Source of the DNA: Lachnospiraceae bacterium
GTDB lineage: Bacteria; Bacteroidota; Bacteroidia; Bacteroidales; UBA932
NCBI GenBank assembly: GCA_963654805.1
Contig: CAVKBL010000009.1
Span: 868-64,867, forward strand
Length of the DNA stretch: 64,000 nt
Direction of reading: 5' to 3'
This document shows, in pieces, positions 37,430 through 48,244 of the stretch. Both the position numbers and the translations under genes were made by a program. The notes under the pieces are model-generated. The model searched no databases. It was not told the DNA's origin and saw only the letters and a program-made list of their open reading frames with translations. How positions within the stretch are numbered: position 1 is the stretch's first letter; each line of letters begins with the position of its first letter.

Positions 37430-38557
37430 TTAAATTTTAATACTTCCCTTTATGTTCTTTGGCTTCTCGCCACAGTCTGTCAGATTAAATGTCAGCACAG
37501 TGCTTCCATTCTCTACACTGACCCTGATGGTTCCGCCCGCGATTCTGCCATACCTGCTCCACTCTCCGTCCCTGACATCCACATACCAGCTTCCGCTCTG
37601 CTTGCCAAATACATCAGGCACACCAGCCTGAAAACGGAAAGGCACTATGTCCTCACGCGGAACGCCTCCATATTCATTAGTCTGAGCCATTGTGTATTCC
37701 CCTTCCGGAATGGAAGATATGGTAGCGTCATAATTGACCAGAAGCCCTATTTTAAGGTATTGGCCTGTTCCGGACAAAACATATTTAGCTGTCGTAAGGT
37801 CGATGTCTCTTCGCACATCTCCGCTGGAGAACAGAATCTCGAAATACCGGTATGTCGTCACATCACTATTATACTCATCCTTGACGTAGAAGTAGTTGCC
37901 CAAATCACGAATCTTAAGAAGAGACATATCCTCAAGAATGACATCCGAGGTGAGATTGGTGTTGGGATATCCCCTGTAGCGGACTGGCACCGTCCGTACA
38001 GACCCCGTGAAAGTGAACACCCTCTTGAGAAAATCCTCCCCGACAAGCGTACCCTTAATTCCATCCTGCGAAAGATTGGCCATTCCCATAAAGAGATAAT
38101 CCACAAGGGTTTCTCCCGACTCGCCGTGATATTGATAGTATGTACCGAGAGGAATGGTGACTACTTTGCCCGGAGCATCCAAAGAATACGGGTCTCCATA
38201 ACAATAGGTTCCTTCAGAAAAATCCCCGTTATTCTGCGGCGCATGATAAGTGCCATACAGGTATGAGAAATCGGCAGTCTGCGCCGGGTTATATTTGGAA
38301 TTGAGTTCTAGACCGAGAGTATCGCCTTGTTCGTTGCTGAGCTCTACAATCCAGTGATCAGAAACCCCTGCATATACATCATCCCCCACATACTGAGCCT
38401 CGGCTTTCGTAAACTCCAAAAGAGTGACCTCATCTTCGTCGAAACTCCATTTATCTTCCGGAGTAACTTCCGGAGCAGTTTTCTGCACACAGCCCGCACA
38501 TAACACGAAAGCCGCGGCGGAGCATAACAGCATATTAATCTTCATATCAAAAATCAT
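37430..38557 (-). CDS. Hypothetical lipoprotein
   Basis: Lipobox CAGC; beta-rich, IPEGEY motif. Confidence 0.75.
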   Translation of the reverse strand: MIFDMKINMLLCSAAAFVLCAGCVQKTAPEVTPEDKWSFDEDEVTLLEFTKAEAQYVGDDVYAGVSDHWIVELSNEQGDTLGLELNSKYNPAQTADFSYLYGTYHAPQNNGDFSEGTYCYGDPYSLDAPGKVVTIPLGTYYQYHGESGETLVDYLFMGMANLSQDGIKGTLVGEDFLKRVFTFTGSVRTVPVRYRGYPNTNLTSDVILEDMSLLKIRDLGNYFYVKDEYNSDVTTYRYFEILFSSGDVRRDIDLTTAKYVLSGTGQYLKIGLLVNYDATISSIPEGEYTMAQTNEYGGVPREDIVPFRFQAGVPDVFGKQSGSWYVDVRDGEWSRYGRIAGGTIRVSVENGSTVLTFNLTDCGEKPKNIKGSIKI

Positions 38558-38982
38558 TCGTTGTCAAAAAGACCTCTGCGCACTTCCTCGGGGATTTCCG
38601 TCCGCTCATACACACTCTCCACCTGCAGCTCATCACAGGAGATGAGAGTAAGCCTATTGTCGGAATTACCTAAAGAACAGATATAGCTGCAAGCCCACGC
38701 GGTGCCGTCCTCGTATGTTCCATTCAAAATGCCTCCCGACAAGATGTAATCTCCACCAAGATGTTCGTATGCGGAACTGCTGACCTTCTGATAAAGATTG
38801 AATGCCCCCCAGGGAAAAAGTTCAAGATAAACGTCAAAACTCTCCGGAGCCTTTCCGTTCCACTTTACAAGATGCCACTCGCCAGATTCAGCGCCGACCA
38901 GGACAGGTTCCTGCTTACGGCATCCCGAAAGTAAGAAAAAAACAGCCAATGACAAAAGAAAATAATATCCGTGTCTTTTCAT
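38554..38982 (-). CDS. Lipocalin-like lipoprotein
   Basis: Lipobox LSGC; GEWHLVKW lipocalin-type N-terminal motif. Confidence 0.65.
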   Translation of the reverse strand: MKRHGYYFLLSLAVFFLLSGCRKQEPVLVGAESGEWHLVKWNGKAPESFDVYLELFPWGAFNLYQKVSSSAYEHLGGDYILSGGILNGTYEDGTAWACSYICSLGNSDNRLTLISCDELQVESVYERTEIPEEVRRGLFDNE

Positions 38983-40988
38983 TATAACCATCCTCCATTT
39001 GAAGCCACTACCTGACGTGCGACGATAAAGAATTCGCGGGTAATCTCCATCCCGCCGAGTATGCTTCCATTATTGATTCTGTCGCCTCCGGCTATAGCTT
39101 TCACTTTCACCCTGGCGCTCCCGGCCCTGGTGCATTTCAACATCAATTTACCGTTATACATCTTAGGCGCCTCCACCATGCCCAGACTGACGAGGTCCTC
39201 ATCCGACATTGACACCTCCGTATATGTCAGAGACTGAGCCGAACCTCCGAAATAATCTTCCAGAGAAAGCAGCTGCACCTTTCCAGTCTGTACGGTAAGA
39301 CAAGGCGTCCCCTCCACCGCCATCAGAAGTCGCGTGGCGTCGACAAGTCCGGAGCCCATCTTCCCTTCAGTATAATTCTCGAGATAAACAGTTCCTGATG
39401 TTTTCTTGGTCCCTATAAAACGGGATTCTATCTCGCTTACCGATGAAAGCAACAGCGACATATACTCTTCGCGGGTAAATGTCCGCCCTCTTTTCAAAGC
39501 ATAGGACAAGCCCAATGCAGCCACTCCGGAAACATGAGGACAAGCCATGGAAGTTCCCTGCATATATCCGTAATCCTGTCCGTCACTCCATTCAGAACAT
39601 ACGGTCGAAAGCACACCGGCTTTCTCTGCTCCGGAAAAACCGGCAGTCTCCCCACCGGGCGCTGCGATATTGCAGCCCAGTCCATAACAAGTATAATACG
39701 CCGGTAGTCCGTCCGGGCCTATTGAAGTCACGGAGATGCAATGACGATAAGCACCTGGATAATTCGAGAAAGATTTCGACTCGTTGCCGGCCGCATAAAT
39801 GGCAATCCCCCCCTGCAGAGCGTCACAGTTCTGCTTGGCAAAGAAATAATTCAAAGCATCGCAGAGCAGCGGGGCCTGATGCTCAAACGAATAATCCGAA
39901 GTAATCTCCGTCCCTTCGTACCCATATGAGCACTGAAGTATGCACGCACCATTATCGGCAGCATATTTTACCGCCCTTGCGGTGTTATAATCAGTAGCGG
40001 ATTGTCCGCCGGAGAATATCTGACAGGACATTATCTTCACACCGTCGTCATTACCGGTCCCGCCTGCGACACCGCACACACCTATTCCGTTATTGTTGAC
40101 AGCTGCCACGGTTCCTGCCACATGCGTTCCATGCCCTGAATCCGAAGTCTTCTTTCCGCTTGTCACAACCGACTTGGTCCAAGTGATAGGGCCATCATCG
40201 ACGAAGTTATATCCGTGAATATCATCCACATATCCGTTCCCGTCATTATCCAGCCCGTCACCGTCCTTCTCTGCAGGATTAGTCCACATATTGGCCGCAA
40301 GGTCAGGATGCGTGTATTTTACTCCCTCATCCAGAACAGCCACTATCACGCGGCTGTCTCCACCCGTAAGCGACCACGCAGATGACACATTGATATCCAT
40401 TCCCTGTCGAGTCTGAGTTCCTATCGCCTGGTCGGCATTGTTGATATAATGCCACTGCCAGAAAAGATTCGGGTCATCATATGGTCCTTTTATCATGGAT
40501 TTCGTAGTAACTCCCGGATAAAACGGATAAATCCTATCATCCGAAGCCTTGCAAAGCTTGGCGCTGTACTGAAGCATGCTTATCTGAGAGATTTCCGCAA
40601 GTCTTGCGGCGGCATTCTCGAGATTCTCTTCAGCGGGAAACCTTAACAGATACCACCGGTGCAATCCAGCCGCGCGTGCGCTTTTTTCATTTTGTTTATC
40701 CACGGGAAATACCCTTTCAATCGAATTCACGCGAAGTTCCTGCAAAATGCCGTCAAGTTCCTCCATGCCTGAAAGGCCAACCTCGGACCCGCCTTGCCAA
40801 TTGGCATCTATCCGTAAAGCCGTAGCGTCATCAAACTTCACTATCAGCACCCCTTCCGCAGCATGTCTTGCTGTATTGCGTATCTTTTTCTGCACCAGCA
40901 CCTCATGCTCCTGCGCGAGATTCTGCTCGGAGGTACAGGAGGCCAATGCCAGAGCAAGCAATATTATAAAAGCTCTATTTTTCATCAT
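38982..40988 (-). CDS. S8 subtilase-family serine protease (lipoprotein)
   Basis: Lipobox LASC; triad motifs VAVLDEG, GHGTHVAG, GTSMACPHV; AAGN. Confidence 0.93.
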   Translation of the reverse strand: MMKNRAFIILLALALASCTSEQNLAQEHEVLVQKKIRNTARHAAEGVLIVKFDDATALRIDANWQGGSEVGLSGMEELDGILQELRVNSIERVFPVDKQNEKSARAAGLHRWYLLRFPAEENLENAAARLAEISQISMLQYSAKLCKASDDRIYPFYPGVTTKSMIKGPYDDPNLFWQWHYINNADQAIGTQTRQGMDINVSSAWSLTGGDSRVIVAVLDEGVKYTHPDLAANMWTNPAEKDGDGLDNDGNGYVDDIHGYNFVDDGPITWTKSVVTSGKKTSDSGHGTHVAGTVAAVNNNGIGVCGVAGGTGNDDGVKIMSCQIFSGGQSATDYNTARAVKYAADNGACILQCSYGYEGTEITSDYSFEHQAPLLCDALNYFFAKQNCDALQGGIAIYAAGNESKSFSNYPGAYRHCISVTSIGPDGLPAYYTCYGLGCNIAAPGGETAGFSGAEKAGVLSTVCSEWSDGQDYGYMQGTSMACPHVSGVAALGLSYALKRGRTFTREEYMSLLLSSVSEIESRFIGTKKTSGTVYLENYTEGKMGSGLVDATRLLMAVEGTPCLTVQTGKVQLLSLEDYFGGSAQSLTYTEVSMSDEDLVSLGMVEAPKMYNGKLMLKCTRAGSARVKVKAIAGGDRINNGSILGGMEITREFFIVARQVVASNGGWL

Positions 40989-43312
40989 TTCAATTGTTTA
41001 ACTGGCATCCCGGCCTTCATAAAAAACTCTGCCCCGCCTCTCTTGCCTACAGAAAATTGGCTTACATTCACTTCTGAAATCCCCGCCGGGCTCAACGGAA
41101 GTCCGCCCAGGTCTTTTTCGGGGTCTACCAGAATAATCTGTGTCATAAGCGAATAGAGAATATTGGAGGAAGCCGTGTAAAGATACCTGCAGGTATATCC
41201 CTGACTTTGCATTATAGGAGACGGCACTCCATAAAGAAATCCGTCACTGACCTCACCGAAAAAGAATCCCCACGACATATATATGTGCTGAGGGTCTTCA
41301 TCGGTAATATATCCCGTGTAGACGGTCTCTCCGTCTTTCTTTCCTATGGTATTCGAATCGTCGACATAGACGGCGAATGTCCCGCTATAGCCTTGAAACG
41401 CGGAAGAACCCGGAATATACGCTCCCAGCAGCACTCCGCCACTATCATACTCAACTCCTGTCAGACCTTCGATATTGATCGCCTGGATACCGTTCCCCGA
41501 GAATGCCTCATTATCGGAGAAATTGACTTTGCCTATAAAACGTCTCACAGGCTTGTCATCGGCCAGATTAAGGGCATAACAATTCCACGATGTCGAAAGA
41601 AGCTTGTCTTTGGTAGGATTGGAACTGAGAAAGCTTGAATAGACATAATCCGTCTCCAGGACAGGATTGAAAACGCCTGTGGTCTTATAGTCCTGTGTCA
41701 GCAACACAGTATTATATCCGTTGCTTGCACGAAGGACAAGAGTATAATCACTGTTTCCGTTCAAACCGGTAAGCATTACGCTATAACACTTATCGTTAAC
41801 CTTTTTGAGTTGTTCCTCCGTGAAAGACTTACCGCTTTCATCGAGCAAGGATGCAGGATCACTCTGTGCCTGACTTTTCTTATACAATCCGAAACATAAC
41901 GATTCTATGTCTTCTCCATATACATAGAACCTGCCGGCATTGTCCGTGCTCACTCCCTGACCGGCATATTCATTAGTGCCTTCCAATCCGAAATGAATAT
42001 CCACCGGAACATCTTCCCCTTCAGCCATATAGCCGAATGAGATGAAGACATAGTCTCTGAATACGCCCTTTGAGTCGTATACGCAGCCGACGAAAGTATA
42101 TTTACCCGTCTGCGGGCAAAAAAGCGGTATCGTAGCGCTTAACGATATCTCACCTTCGAAACTGCTTACGCCAGAATCCAGATCCTGGGCCCTCATATTG
42201 GCGGCATTGTCATCGAGCACGCCATCAAAAACAGCATACCTGACCACAGCCACATCCGATGCCAATTCAGCCGTAATCTTCACTATTCCGTTCTCCGACT
42301 GAGATTTGGTCAAAGTCACACCATAATCCGGAACGGTATATCCGGGAAGGATGAGTCTGGTCGCGCCGTTAGTGTTGACATTATAATATCCTCCGCCAAG
42401 ACTCTCCATCGTGAACATTATACTTGAGACAGGAAAGGTGATGACCCCGTCCTGCAAGGTTCCGTACTGGGCGGCGGTTTCATCCATAGAAAAATTCTCA
42501 GGTACATAAGAGCCGAAAGATATCTCGCCATAAGACGAGCTGAAAGTCAGGCCGGTGCCTTGAAGAGGCAGATAAACTTTTTGCGGATCACGGGCATCAA
42601 CATAGGTATAAGCATCGGTATTCTCCGCCACATTCACTTCTCCGGCTCCTCCCGCCAAAGCATTGAGAAAAGTCTTCCCGCCATAAACCTTCATCCTGTA
42701 ATAACCGGGCATATCATCCCGCTCGTATATTTCAACTTCTATCTCCGGATTACGGTTAAAGGAAGCCGTATTAAGCGAAAACACGTCTCCTATGATATCG
42801 TCACGCCATTTCCCCTTTGTGGACTTGCCGTCAGCGCTTTTAATCAGATTCCATCCGGCCCTGACCACAGTAAAAGACAAGGATTTCTCAACCGGGCTGT
42901 ATATTTTCACATAACGCGGGTCATTGACCACGACAGTACAGTTATATGTCCTTCCCACCTCTGCCGAAGGGAAACTCACCTTGAATGTCGTCTCCTTATC
43001 TCCGGCCGCAAAATGAATGGGCTCTATATCGAATATCCCCTCTTCACTTACAGTTATCTCCACCGGCACGGTAATCTCGTCCAGATAATTTGTCCTGCGT
43101 ACCCTGTATGTCACCTCAGTAGGATCCTGCGGGTCCAGTTCGAGGGTTGTCGCACTCGTCTGAGAAGGAAAATACACGCCATATGTATCCGCCAGTTCCT
43201 CTTCACCCTTTTGATACAAAGACTCTTGCGTGCAGGCGCCCAACATCGCCAGCACGGCAAAAGCCGATATTATATTTCTTACAATCTTCATATAGTCTTC
43301 CCGTACAATCAA
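40985..43312 (-). CDS. Large surface lipoprotein downstream of SusD
   Basis: Lipobox LGAC; SusE-like position; Ig/Calx-like N-terminal segment. Confidence 0.75.
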   Translation of the reverse strand: MIVREDYMKIVRNIISAFAVLAMLGACTQESLYQKGEEELADTYGVYFPSQTSATTLELDPQDPTEVTYRVRRTNYLDEITVPVEITVSEEGIFDIEPIHFAAGDKETTFKVSFPSAEVGRTYNCTVVVNDPRYVKIYSPVEKSLSFTVVRAGWNLIKSADGKSTKGKWRDDIIGDVFSLNTASFNRNPEIEVEIYERDDMPGYYRMKVYGGKTFLNALAGGAGEVNVAENTDAYTYVDARDPQKVYLPLQGTGLTFSSSYGEISFGSYVPENFSMDETAAQYGTLQDGVITFPVSSIMFTMESLGGGYYNVNTNGATRLILPGYTVPDYGVTLTKSQSENGIVKITAELASDVAVVRYAVFDGVLDDNAANMRAQDLDSGVSSFEGEISLSATIPLFCPQTGKYTFVGCVYDSKGVFRDYVFISFGYMAEGEDVPVDIHFGLEGTNEYAGQGVSTDNAGRFYVYGEDIESLCFGLYKKSQAQSDPASLLDESGKSFTEEQLKKVNDKCYSVMLTGLNGNSDYTLVLRASNGYNTVLLTQDYKTTGVFNPVLETDYVYSSFLSSNPTKDKLLSTSWNCYALNLADDKPVRRFIGKVNFSDNEAFSGNGIQAINIEGLTGVEYDSGGVLLGAYIPGSSAFQGYSGTFAVYVDDSNTIGKKDGETVYTGYITDEDPQHIYMSWGFFFGEVSDGFLYGVPSPIMQSQGYTCRYLYTASSNILYSLMTQIILVDPEKDLGGLPLSPAGISEVNVSQFSVGKRGGAEFFMKAGMPVKQLK

Positions 43313-44967
43313 TTATTCCATAAAGGCACCACCCCGGAAGGATCCGGATTGTTCTGAGTGGCTATTACCGGATTATTCTGCGTCTCTCCTCTCGATATGA
43401 CAAAATTCCAATATGGAGCACGCCCGTCACAATTGAGCCTGTAAGAAGCAGGAGCATTTGTCCCCACATACCCTCTCTTGGAAGAAATGTCAAGACGCTT
43501 CATATCAAACATCACTATTCCCTCTCCCCAGAATTCAATTCTCTTCTGCAGAATAAGCTCGTTGATGAATCCTTTAAGAGAAGCGGACTTGGCAGAACAA
43601 TCGTACCTTACACCATCAGTCATTCTGTAATTGTTCATAAACTCATTAAGCAGACGCACACCTTCGTCCAGATCCACATGTGCGGCAGCCTCAGCCTCTA
43701 TGAAATACATCTCCTCCACTCGCATCAAAGGATGGTCAGCCGCGCCGCCTGTCTTATATTCTTTATAATTGCCCTGTGCAGGGCGGAATTTGATATTGGC
43801 ATAATCCTTAAGTGTCTCCTTGAAATAAGTCTTACCGTCTTCCCTGCAGCTCTGGTAATCATAGACGCTCCTGTCAGGATTGAGCCACGAGTGCTTACGA
43901 AAATCATAATCACTTATACTGTTATAAAGATTACGGTTAATGGAGCGGCACACATCATAGCCATAGGCACTCCAGGAGTTCTCCGTGCTCATATGCGCAG
44001 TGAAACAGAGCAGATTAGATACGCTCTCGCTTGGAAGCGCAAGTCCCCAGATCCACGAATTGTTCACCGTAGCATCGTTAAATCCGGTCTTGGGGTCCTC
44101 CCATTGCTGCTGTGTCAAAGGTTCGCATGCACTTGAATTTATCGACTTGCGTGCATACTCCGACGCCTTCTCATAATACTCCGAAGACAAAGTCTCGTCT
44201 CCTGCCTGCTCTATAGAGGCAGCTCTCTCCAGAAAAGCACGAGCCTTGAGCCCATATACTGCAGCCAGACTTATGCTGTATCTGTTTGGTGCCGAGTAAT
44301 TGGCCAAAAGACTCTGGGCCAGATCAAGATCGGGGAAAATAACCTCATCGTAAATGTCAGACACTTTGGCGCGCGGATTGTTCTTGGCCTGAGCTTCAGT
44401 AGTCTGAGGAAGAACGACAGGCACGCCAAGCCCGATAAGCTCCGGAGCACTGGTGTACTTATTCTCCTTGAATTCATATAGGCGCACAAGATCAAGATAA
44501 AACATCGCCCTATATGTATATGCAAACCCGAGATATGCCCTTGAAGTGGCATCTAGCGTCGAGGCGTCCTTCTCTCCGATCAAAGAGATCACGCTGTTTG
44601 CCGACATTATCCACTTGTAATAATTGTTCCATGTAAGCACTCCAACAGCATACTCGGAGCCAAGAGCGATATTGGAACCCCACTGGGAGAACCAGTCATA
44701 TCCCGTATTTCCGGCGATTACGAGATCTCCTGTCATGGATTCTGTAGCAAGATGTATGGCAGGAAGAGAAAAATCCCACGGACTGCCATAACCGGTAGAA
44801 CCTGCCTGAACAAGCGAAGCCGGGATACCTTCTATGTTGGTAGCCACACTCACCTGGTCAGAAGTCGCTCCCGATGTCAGAACGGCCTCCTTGATACAGC
44901 CGCAAAACGCCATACACAAAAAGGCGGCGGATAATGTTTTCAGCATTGTATTCTTCTTCATAATCAC
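43309..44967 (-). CDS. susD: SusD/RagB family lipoprotein
   Basis: YRAMFYLDLVRLY, LMRVEEMYFIEAEA, QKRIEFWGEG...DMKR. Confidence 0.92.
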   Translation of the reverse strand: MIMKKNTMLKTLSAAFLCMAFCGCIKEAVLTSGATSDQVSVATNIEGIPASLVQAGSTGYGSPWDFSLPAIHLATESMTGDLVIAGNTGYDWFSQWGSNIALGSEYAVGVLTWNNYYKWIMSANSVISLIGEKDASTLDATSRAYLGFAYTYRAMFYLDLVRLYEFKENKYTSAPELIGLGVPVVLPQTTEAQAKNNPRAKVSDIYDEVIFPDLDLAQSLLANYSAPNRYSISLAAVYGLKARAFLERAASIEQAGDETLSSEYYEKASEYARKSINSSACEPLTQQQWEDPKTGFNDATVNNSWIWGLALPSESVSNLLCFTAHMSTENSWSAYGYDVCRSINRNLYNSISDYDFRKHSWLNPDRSVYDYQSCREDGKTYFKETLKDYANIKFRPAQGNYKEYKTGGAADHPLMRVEEMYFIEAEAAAHVDLDEGVRLLNEFMNNYRMTDGVRYDCSAKSASLKGFINELILQKRIEFWGEGIVMFDMKRLDISSKRGYVGTNAPASYRLNCDGRAPYWNFVISRGETQNNPVIATQNNPDPSGVVPLWNN

Positions 44968-44979
44968 TTCCCCCTTTTT

Positions 44980-47900
44980 CTAGAATTGCACAGTCAAACC
45001 TCCAGAAACGGTACGCACCGGCGAATAGGTAGCCTGTGAAGTGGTTCCGGTATATGATTGGCGCGGATCAAAGCCTCTTCTTCTAGACCAATACCAGAGA
45101 TTCTCACACGAAAGATAGAACCTGACCTTCTCTATCTTCACCTTTCTGGTGTATCTGGCCGGAACGGTATAACCCAGATTGACATTCTGAATATTCAGAT
45201 AACCGGCATCCGTAAGAAACCTGTCCGAAGTGGCATTCTGGTTCTGGTCTTCATACTGGAGCCTCGGAATATCAGAAGAGGAATTAGTCTTGCTCCATGC
45301 TTTCAGAATATCTTTATGCCAATTCATTCCCGTCGTTTTGTTCGCCGGTGAATACATAGACTCGGCATAACCGGAATCGTATGCCTTTCCTCCTATCTGG
45401 TAGTTGAAAGCCACGCTGAAATCAAATCCATGAAAGCAAACATCCGTACTGAATCCGCCATAAAGATCCGGAATCGGACTGCCACAGATATAATCTGTAG
45501 CCGACGTATATTCGGTAGTGGTGGTTCTGCCCGTAATGTTGCCTTGCTCATCTGTCGTATCCATGTACCACATCGAAAGTCCATCATCCGACACGCCGGC
45601 ATACTTTTTCATATAGAAAGTATACATAGGAAGACCCTGTGCATAAAAAGTCGACCCGCTTACAAATCCGCTATATCCTTCGGCTGTCTTAGTCTTGCGT
45701 TCAGACGGAAGCATGGTTATCCTGTTACGCAGATGCGTCATATTCAAGCTCACATTCCACTGAAAATCATCCATTTGCACTGGAGAATAACTAATTTCGA
45801 GTTCCACACCCTGGTTTCGCATATCACCGACATTGGCATAATAAGAAGAATAGCCCATAGAAGGCGCGACAGGGAAGGAAAGAAGCATGTCCGTGGTGTT
45901 TCTTACGAAATATTCCACCCCGCCGGATACTTTTCCGCGCCACAGTCCGAATTCAGCGCCTGCATTGATGTTGGTATTGGTCTCCCAAGTAATGTCTTCC
46001 GCGCCCTTGGTACTGAACACGGTAGATACGCTGCCATTAGCATTCTCTATGGAATACACGTCCGTATATCGGAAATTGCCTATATTGTCATTACCCTGCG
46101 AGCCGATCGACGCCTTTAATTTGAGGATGTCCAGCCAGCCGTAGGTCTGTTCCATGAACGCCTCTCGGTTTAGCACCCACGCACCGCCCAAAGACCAGAA
46201 ATTGCCCCACCGGTGTTTGGGATGGAACCTGGAAGATGCGTCTCGTCTGAAAGAAGCGGACATAAAATACCTGCTTTCGTAATCATATTGGGCGCGGGTG
46301 AACCATCCTTCGTTATAATAGTCTGTACGATACGAATTGGCGCTCTGTCTGTCTATAATGGCGCCGGCAAGTTCATCGTTCGATTGTGTGAGCATATTGC
46401 TCTTGCTGGCAGAAAGCGTATAATACTTGGACTGATAGTATTCGTGACCTGCCATCACATTTATATTATGGCGGCCAATTTGTTTGGTATAATTAAGTAT
46501 CTGCTGGGCGTTGGCATCAAGTGTGCGGCCGTGAGCTTTTGACACTATGCCTTTTTCACTTGCGAATTGGCCGAAATAGGGATTCAGAACAGATGTGGCA
46601 CGAGATTCGTCAAGTGATACGCCGACATTGGCGGTAAATTTAAAGTCTTTCAAAAAAGTTATGTCCATGTAGGCGGTCCCGTTAAACGCATTGCCTTCTG
46701 AACTGGAAGTATTCAACCTCGAATCAGAGAGCGCGTTACTGTTGGGAAAAAGCGAACGGCTCATTCCTGCGTTTTCTCCGTTTCCATAGTCATAACGCAT
46801 GATCCCGTCTTTCGTATACAGAATATTTCCGTCTGCGTCTCTTATATAGAGAGGATAAATCGGGCCCATCGTCGAAGTGTAGGCGAACACGTTACCGGAC
46901 GAACCGCTCTCCCCGCTGTCAGAAATCTGATTATAAGTATAATGCGAGTAATTTGAATTGACTCCCACACGAAGCCATGAAGTAGCGTCGTAATCGAACC
47001 TGGCCCTGGCGGTATAGCGCTGCATATCAGAATTATAAGCTATACCTTCATTATTTAGATAGCCCAACGACACATATACTGAGCTTTGATCACTTGAACT
47101 TGCCAAGCTCGCGTTATATTCTTTACGCAGAGAGTTTCTGAAGGCTGCATCCACCCAACTGTCCGGCTGAATCCAGTATTCCTCTCCTTTATATACCACG
47201 CTGCGGCCAAGAACGGCGAGCGGGTTAACCTTACCGTTACTGCCTATGAAATCCTGTCCGTCAGGCACGGTAAACACCTGATAACCCAATCCGCCTTCAT
47301 CAGTCGAGCCGGCGACTACACTGCTTGCTTTCTGATGCGAGGCCGACTCGCTCATACCACTGCTCAAATAATAATTTTTCAGTGCAGTGTATTGAAGTTC
47401 ATAGAATTGCGCCGGGTCGGTTATATACTCGTAGTCCTGGGTAGCACGCGAGTTTACACCCCACTTGGCATCAAAAGTTATTATGGTCTTACTTGATTTG
47501 GCTTTCTTGGTCGTCACCATCACAACTCCGTTAGCACCTCTTGCGCCATAAAGCGAGTTGGATGCGGCATCCTTCAGCACAGTAATAGATTCTATGTCCG
47601 ATGGATTCAGATTGCCCAAATCTCCCGAATACGGCATTCCGTCCACCACCCAGAGAGGGTCATTCCCCGCGTTAAGAGAACTGAATCCTCGCACTCTTAT
47701 GGAAGGGGACGAGCCGGGCTGGCCTGACGAATTGGTCAACTGCACACCGGCCACCTTACCGGCAAGAGATTGAGCTATATTGCTTTGTTGGCTTTTGGCT
47801 ATGTCATCAGCCTTCACGACGGTAGCGGATCCTGTGTAGGCGTCTTTCTTCGCCGTACCGAATGCCACGACTATCACATCGTCCAGCGCCTGTGTATCCG

Positions 47901-48186
47901 GGTTAAGTATAATATTTATAAGGGTTTTTCCCTGTACGGGAACCGAGACTGTCTCAAAACCGACGGATGAAAATTGAAGAATACCGTCAGAGGCGACATT
48001 GATGGCATATTTTCCATCCAGATCTGTAGGTACGCCGACAGATGTCCCTTCAACTATTACATATACTCCCGGAACAGGTTCACCTTCCGGATCAGTAACA
48101 GTTCCCTCCACTCGCAAAGTCTGCGCAGAAGACGGGAATATGACTCCGATGACAAAAATAAAAGCTAATAGAATCTTTCGTGACAT
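44980..48186 (-). CDS. susC: SusC/RagA TonB-dependent transporter
   Basis: LAGKVAGVQ, PLWVVDG, VLKDAASNSLYGARGANGVVMVTTKK, terminal Phe. Confidence 0.95.
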   Translation of the reverse strand: MSRKILLAFIFVIGVIFPSSAQTLRVEGTVTDPEGEPVPGVYVIVEGTSVGVPTDLDGKYAINVASDGILQFSSVGFETVSVPVQGKTLINIILNPDTQALDDVIVVAFGTAKKDAYTGSATVVKADDIAKSQQSNIAQSLAGKVAGVQLTNSSGQPGSSPSIRVRGFSSLNAGNDPLWVVDGMPYSGDLGNLNPSDIESITVLKDAASNSLYGARGANGVVMVTTKKAKSSKTIITFDAKWGVNSRATQDYEYITDPAQFYELQYTALKNYYLSSGMSESASHQKASSVVAGSTDEGGLGYQVFTVPDGQDFIGSNGKVNPLAVLGRSVVYKGEEYWIQPDSWVDAAFRNSLRKEYNASLASSSDQSSVYVSLGYLNNEGIAYNSDMQRYTARARFDYDATSWLRVGVNSNYSHYTYNQISDSGESGSSGNVFAYTSTMGPIYPLYIRDADGNILYTKDGIMRYDYGNGENAGMSRSLFPNSNALSDSRLNTSSSEGNAFNGTAYMDITFLKDFKFTANVGVSLDESRATSVLNPYFGQFASEKGIVSKAHGRTLDANAQQILNYTKQIGRHNINVMAGHEYYQSKYYTLSASKSNMLTQSNDELAGAIIDRQSANSYRTDYYNEGWFTRAQYDYESRYFMSASFRRDASSRFHPKHRWGNFWSLGGAWVLNREAFMEQTYGWLDILKLKASIGSQGNDNIGNFRYTDVYSIENANGSVSTVFSTKGAEDITWETNTNINAGAEFGLWRGKVSGGVEYFVRNTTDMLLSFPVAPSMGYSSYYANVGDMRNQGVELEISYSPVQMDDFQWNVSLNMTHLRNRITMLPSERKTKTAEGYSGFVSGSTFYAQGLPMYTFYMKKYAGVSDDGLSMWYMDTTDEQGNITGRTTTTEYTSATDYICGSPIPDLYGGFSTDVCFHGFDFSVAFNYQIGGKAYDSGYAESMYSPANKTTGMNWHKDILKAWSKTNSSSDIPRLQYEDQNQNATSDRFLTDAGYLNIQNVNLGYTVPARYTRKVKIEKVRFYLSCENLWYWSRRRGFDPRQSYTGTTSQATYSPVRTVSGGLTVQF

Positions 48187-48197
48187 GAAATTTTAAA

Positions 48198-48236
48198 TAA
48201 AAGGACGGCAGGCCCTCATAAATGGGTCGCCGTCCT
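48198..48236 (-). terminator. Terminator-like hairpin just upstream of the second susC
   Basis: aggacggc...gccgtcct stem followed by TTTATTT on the minus strand. Confidence 0.65.
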
Positions 48237-48244
48237 GCATAGTA

